This document shows, one piece after another, positions 61,079 to 64,000 of a stretch of DNA of 64,000 nt. A program made the position numbers and the translations under genes. Each line of letters begins with the position of its first letter. Position 1 is the first letter of the stretch. The stretch comes from Oscillospiraceae bacterium. GTDB taxonomy: Bacteria > Bacillota > Clostridia > Oscillospirales > CAG-272. The stretch is taken from assembly GCA_015065455.1 (NCBI GenBank), contig SVQI01000009.1:1050-65049 (forward strand), given 5' to 3'. Under the pieces are notes generated by a model, which saw nothing but the letters and a program-made list of their open reading frames with translations, was not told the DNA's origin and searched no databases.

Positions 61079-62104
61079 ATGAGAATACTTGTTGGATTAA
61101 GCGGTGGTGTTGACAGCACCTACACCGCCTACAAATTACTAAACGAAGGTCATTCAGTCGAGGGAATCGTACTTGAAATGCACGACTACACCGATATTAC
61201 CTCTGCCAAAAAAACAGCAGAACTTCTCGGCATAAAGCTGCACGTGCTTGACTGCCGCGAGTCTTTCAAAAAACACGTTATAAGCAATTTTATTTCAGAA
61301 TACTCATTAGGTCACACCCCAAACCCCTGCACAATTTGTAACAGATACGTAAAAATAGCAGAGCTTTGCAAATTTGCAAGAGAGAACGGCTTTGATAAGG
61401 CAGCAACTGGTCACTATGCAGAAATAGTTTTTGATAAAGATTGTAACAGATACTGCATTAAAAAAGCTAAAGACGAGAAAAAAGACCAAAGCTATATGCT
61501 TTGGCACTTAACACAGGAACAGCTTGAAACTTTGTACTTCCCTCTTTCTTCAATGAGCAAAGAAGAAATACGCGAGGAAGTCAGAAAAACAAGCTTTGCC
61601 TACCTTGCAGAAGCAAAGGAAAGTCAGGAAATATGCTTTATTCCCGACAACGATTACGCTTCATATATTGAAAAAAACAAAGGTGTTTTCCCCGAGGGTG
61701 ATTTTTTAGACGCCGACGGAAAAGTTATCGGCAGACATAAAGGAATTATACATTACACAATAGGTCAGCGCAAAGGACTTGGAATAAGCCTTGGAGCGCC
61801 CGCGTATATAACGAAAATCGATCCTGTAAACAATACTGTTACAGTCGAAAAACAGAGCGAAGTTAAAGGCAACGTACTCAAGGCTTTTTCAATAAACTCT
61901 CAGCTTATTGACGTTAAAGAGGGAGATACATATAATCTCGACGTAAAAATTCGTTATGCGGCAAAACCGATGCCCGCCAGAGTTACAATTGAAAACGGTA
62001 TGGCAAAAGCAGAATTTGATACGCCCGTCAGAGCAATTACCCCCGGACAAAGCGCAGTTTTTTACAAGAATGATTTAATTGCCTTCGGCGGAGTTATAAT
62101 TTAA
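61079..62104 (+). CDS. mnmA: tRNA 2-thiouridine(34) synthase
   Basis: 341 aa. PP-loop GLSGGVDS, TPNPC..CN, ATGHYA and KDQSY.L. Confidence 0.94.
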   Translation: MRILVGLSGGVDSTYTAYKLLNEGHSVEGIVLEMHDYTDITSAKKTAELLGIKLHVLDCRESFKKHVISNFISEYSLGHTPNPCTICNRYVKIAELCKFARENGFDKAATGHYAEIVFDKDCNRYCIKKAKDEKKDQSYMLWHLTQEQLETLYFPLSSMSKEEIREEVRKTSFAYLAEAKESQEICFIPDNDYASYIEKNKGVFPEGDFLDADGKVIGRHKGIIHYTIGQRKGLGISLGAPAYITKIDPVNNTVTVEKQSEVKGNVLKAFSINSQLIDVKEGDTYNLDVKIRYAAKPMPARVTIENGMAKAEFDTPVRAITPGQSAVFYKNDLIAFGGVII

Positions 62105-62145
62105 GACAGTAGTATTACACCTATTTTTAAGAAAGGACCAAAGAT

Positions 62146-62328
62146 ATGGCAAACGGAGAAAAATTAAACCGAGAACTGTATTTAAAGTTTGAGTATTGCT
62201 CATTCAGAGAGCTTGAAGAGTTATTGCTCGCAGCCCACACACGTGAAGAAAAAGCGTTTTACCGCTCACTTCTTAATCTCAAACTGCAGATCGCGCAGGA
62301 ACGCGTAGTAGGAGAAAAGTTGGTATGA
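62146..62328 (+). CDS. small helical protein, candidate antitoxin of the downstream zeta-like kinase
   Basis: 60 aa. Its stop overlaps the start of the next gene (ATGA). No family recognised. Confidence 0.5.
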   Translation: MANGEKLNRELYLKFEYCSFRELEELLLAAHTREEKAFYRSLLNLKLQIAQERVVGEKLV

Positions 62329-62906
62329 AAATATATACGATTATTGCCGGTGCAAACGGCGTAGGAAAAACATCTCTTTATCAGATTCTCAAAAGCTCCG
62401 ATGATTTGGGAGAAAGAATAAACATAGACGAAATCGTTTCCGCAAGGGGAAGCTGGATGGACAAGATCCTGCAAATCAAGGCTGGCAGAACCGCTATGTC
62501 TATGCTTAATCAATATATATCTAACGAGGTTACGTTCCATCAGGAAACAACGTTACCCGGAAATGTTATTATTAAACAGATAAAAAAGGCAAAATCAAAA
62601 GGCTTTCAAATCAGACTTTATTACGTTGGAGTTGAAAGTGTAGAGGTATCATTGAGGAGAGTTGAAAAAAGAGTTACAAAGGGTGGACACGGCATCGACG
62701 AAGCTACTATCCGCAAGAGATTTGAAGCTATGCCTGAACAGCTTAAAGCAATTCTGCCTTTATGCGATATCGCATCATTCTACGACAATACCGTCAGATT
62801 CCGCCGTCTTGCTTTAACCAAGGGCGACGTGATTTTTGACAGTGATATGGACCTTCCCGCTTGGTTTAACGACCTTGTTGACAAGGGAATAATCAAGTAC
62901 AACTGA
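62325..62906 (+). CDS. zeta-toxin-like P-loop kinase (COG4185-type predicted ATPase)
   Basis: 193 aa. N-terminal Walker A IAGANGVGKTS. The size and pattern (..ETTL.., YYVGV.S.E....R...R...GGH.I......R..) fit the zeta toxin/AAA_33-like family. Confidence 0.7.
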   Translation: MKIYTIIAGANGVGKTSLYQILKSSDDLGERINIDEIVSARGSWMDKILQIKAGRTAMSMLNQYISNEVTFHQETTLPGNVIIKQIKKAKSKGFQIRLYYVGVESVEVSLRRVEKRVTKGGHGIDEATIRKRFEAMPEQLKAILPLCDIASFYDNTVRFRRLALTKGDVIFDSDMDLPAWFNDLVDKGIIKYN

Positions 62907-62911
62907 TTATT

Positions 62912-63796
62912 ATGGAAAAGTGTAATCTTTGCCCTCGCCAATGTAATGCCGACAGAAGTAAGAAAATTGGATTCTGTCTTTGTAATGATAAACCCGTAAT
63001 TTCAAAATATATGCTTCATCACTGGGAAGAACCGTGTATAAGCGGCAAAAACGGAAGCGGAGCTATATTCTTTTCGGGCTGTACGCTGAAATGTGTTTTT
63101 TGTCAAAATAAAGAGATAAGCCGTCAGCCAAAAGGAACAGAAATGACCGAACGACAGCTTGCTAACCTTTTTTTACAGCTTCAGGATAAGGGCGCACACA
63201 ATATAAACCTGATTACACCAACGCACTTTACCAAACAGATTATTTCTGCACTTAATATCGTAAAGCATAAGCTGTACATACCTGTGGTGTATAATACAAG
63301 CGGTTATGAAACGGTAGATACCTTAAAAATGCTTTCCGGATACGTTGATATTTTTTTACCCGACTTTAAATATTACGATTCTTTTTTAGCCGAGAAATAT
63401 TCAAAAGCTCCCGATTATTTTGAAATAGCATCAAAGGCTATTTGTGAAATGTTCAGGCAGGTTGGAAAATACACAGAGGACGAAAACGGCATACTGAAAA
63501 AAGGTGTGATAATAAGACACCTCGTTCTTCCGGCTTGTAGGCACGATTCAGTAAAAATTCTTGAGGAAATAAAAAAGCTTTTACCGATAAGTGATATCAG
63601 ACTCAGTCTTATGAGCCAGTTTACACCCGATTTTGTACCCAAAGAATATCCCGAATTATCAAGAAGAATAACGACCTTTGAATATAACAGCGTTCTCAAA
63701 AAAGCTACAGAGCTTGGCTTTGAAGGCTTCTTTCAAAGTAGAGAGTCTGCCGTAACAAGCTATACACCCGATTTTAAAAAACAAAATGAGATGTGA
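62912..63796 (+). CDS. radical SAM protein (PflX / pyruvate formate-lyase activase-related, COG1313-like)
   Basis: 294 aa. N-terminal Cys cluster CNLCPRQCNADR...GFC and the radical SAM motif CTLKCVFCQN. Confidence 0.85.
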   Translation: MEKCNLCPRQCNADRSKKIGFCLCNDKPVISKYMLHHWEEPCISGKNGSGAIFFSGCTLKCVFCQNKEISRQPKGTEMTERQLANLFLQLQDKGAHNINLITPTHFTKQIISALNIVKHKLYIPVVYNTSGYETVDTLKMLSGYVDIFLPDFKYYDSFLAEKYSKAPDYFEIASKAICEMFRQVGKYTEDENGILKKGVIIRHLVLPACRHDSVKILEEIKKLLPISDIRLSLMSQFTPDFVPKEYPELSRRITTFEYNSVLKKATELGFEGFFQSRESAVTSYTPDFKKQNEM

Positions 63797-63814
63797 AAAC
63801 ACATCTCATTTTTA
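63785..63814 (+). terminator. rho-independent terminator overlapping the stop codon
   Basis: Hairpin aatgagatgtg-aaaa-cacatctcatt followed by TTTT. Confidence 0.75.
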
Positions 63815-63863
63815 TTGTTTCCAAAGCTTCCACTCAATGAGCACTTATAAGACATCTATTTAA

Positions 63864-63893
63864 GCAAAAAAATCACACGCTAAGCGTGTGATT
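63864..63893 (-). terminator. terminator hairpin for the partial minus-strand gene
   Basis: Hairpin aatcacacgc-taa-gcgtgtgatt flanked by an A-run and a T-run. Confidence 0.7.
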
Positions 63894-63894
63894 T

Positions 63895-64000
63895 TTATTT
63901 TTCTAAATATTCTTTTATGTATTCCATTACCTGATTTTTTTCAAGATTCAATACAAAAGCAAAATCGCCCGATATGATACCTTCAGCCAACGCCATATAT
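63895..64000 (-). CDS. 3-prime end of a minus-strand gene running off the window (unknown product)
   Basis: Open frame ...MALAEGIISGDFAFVLNLEKNQVMEYIKEYLEK-stop, followed by a terminator. Too short to identify. Confidence 0.4.
   Translation of the reverse strand, partial: YMALAEGIISGDFAFVLNLEKNQVMEYIKEYLEK

Overview
AT-rich chromosomal segment from an endospore-forming Firmicute; Clostridia-like is an inference from spoIIGA-sigE, spoIIR and a SleB-type hydrolase. It carries about 55 protein genes plus one tRNA-Thr. Most are housekeeping: prfA, tsaC, a topoisomerase IV/gyrase A-type subunit, murI, a livJHMGF-type branched-chain amino-acid ABC operon, GTP-type PEP carboxykinase, rsmA, queH, proS, an FtsW/RodA-family protein, a GH2 beta-galactosidase, tex, RNase J, secG, RNase R, holA, a PNP-family phosphorylase, rnhA and mnmA. 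There is no transposase, integrase, CRISPR array or recognisable defence island. Three things stand out. (1) A modular, hairpin-dense intergenic repeat family occupies seven loci (about 3.8 kb by my coordinates). Every locus lies in a convergent gene gap beyond the terminator of the plus-strand gene (six of seven also inside the minus-strand gene's terminator). The hairpins show compensatory substitutions between copies, interchangeable hairpin cassettes in a fixed frame, nested insertions and both orientations. I cannot assign it to a named repeat or RNA family. (2) Four paralogous secreted beta-helix-like surface proteins are scattered among housekeeping genes. One carries a near-identical in-frame 1,089-bp tandem duplication, and two are followed by a conserved, unannotated 36-codon micro-ORF. 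(3) Smaller accessory items include a zeta-toxin-like kinase with a 4-nt-overlapping small upstream ORF, an operon of one membrane protein plus a heterodimeric ABC exporter next to an orphan RHH gene, and two stand-alone small membrane-protein genes missing from the ORF track. All coordinates for small features were hand-counted and may be off by a few nt.
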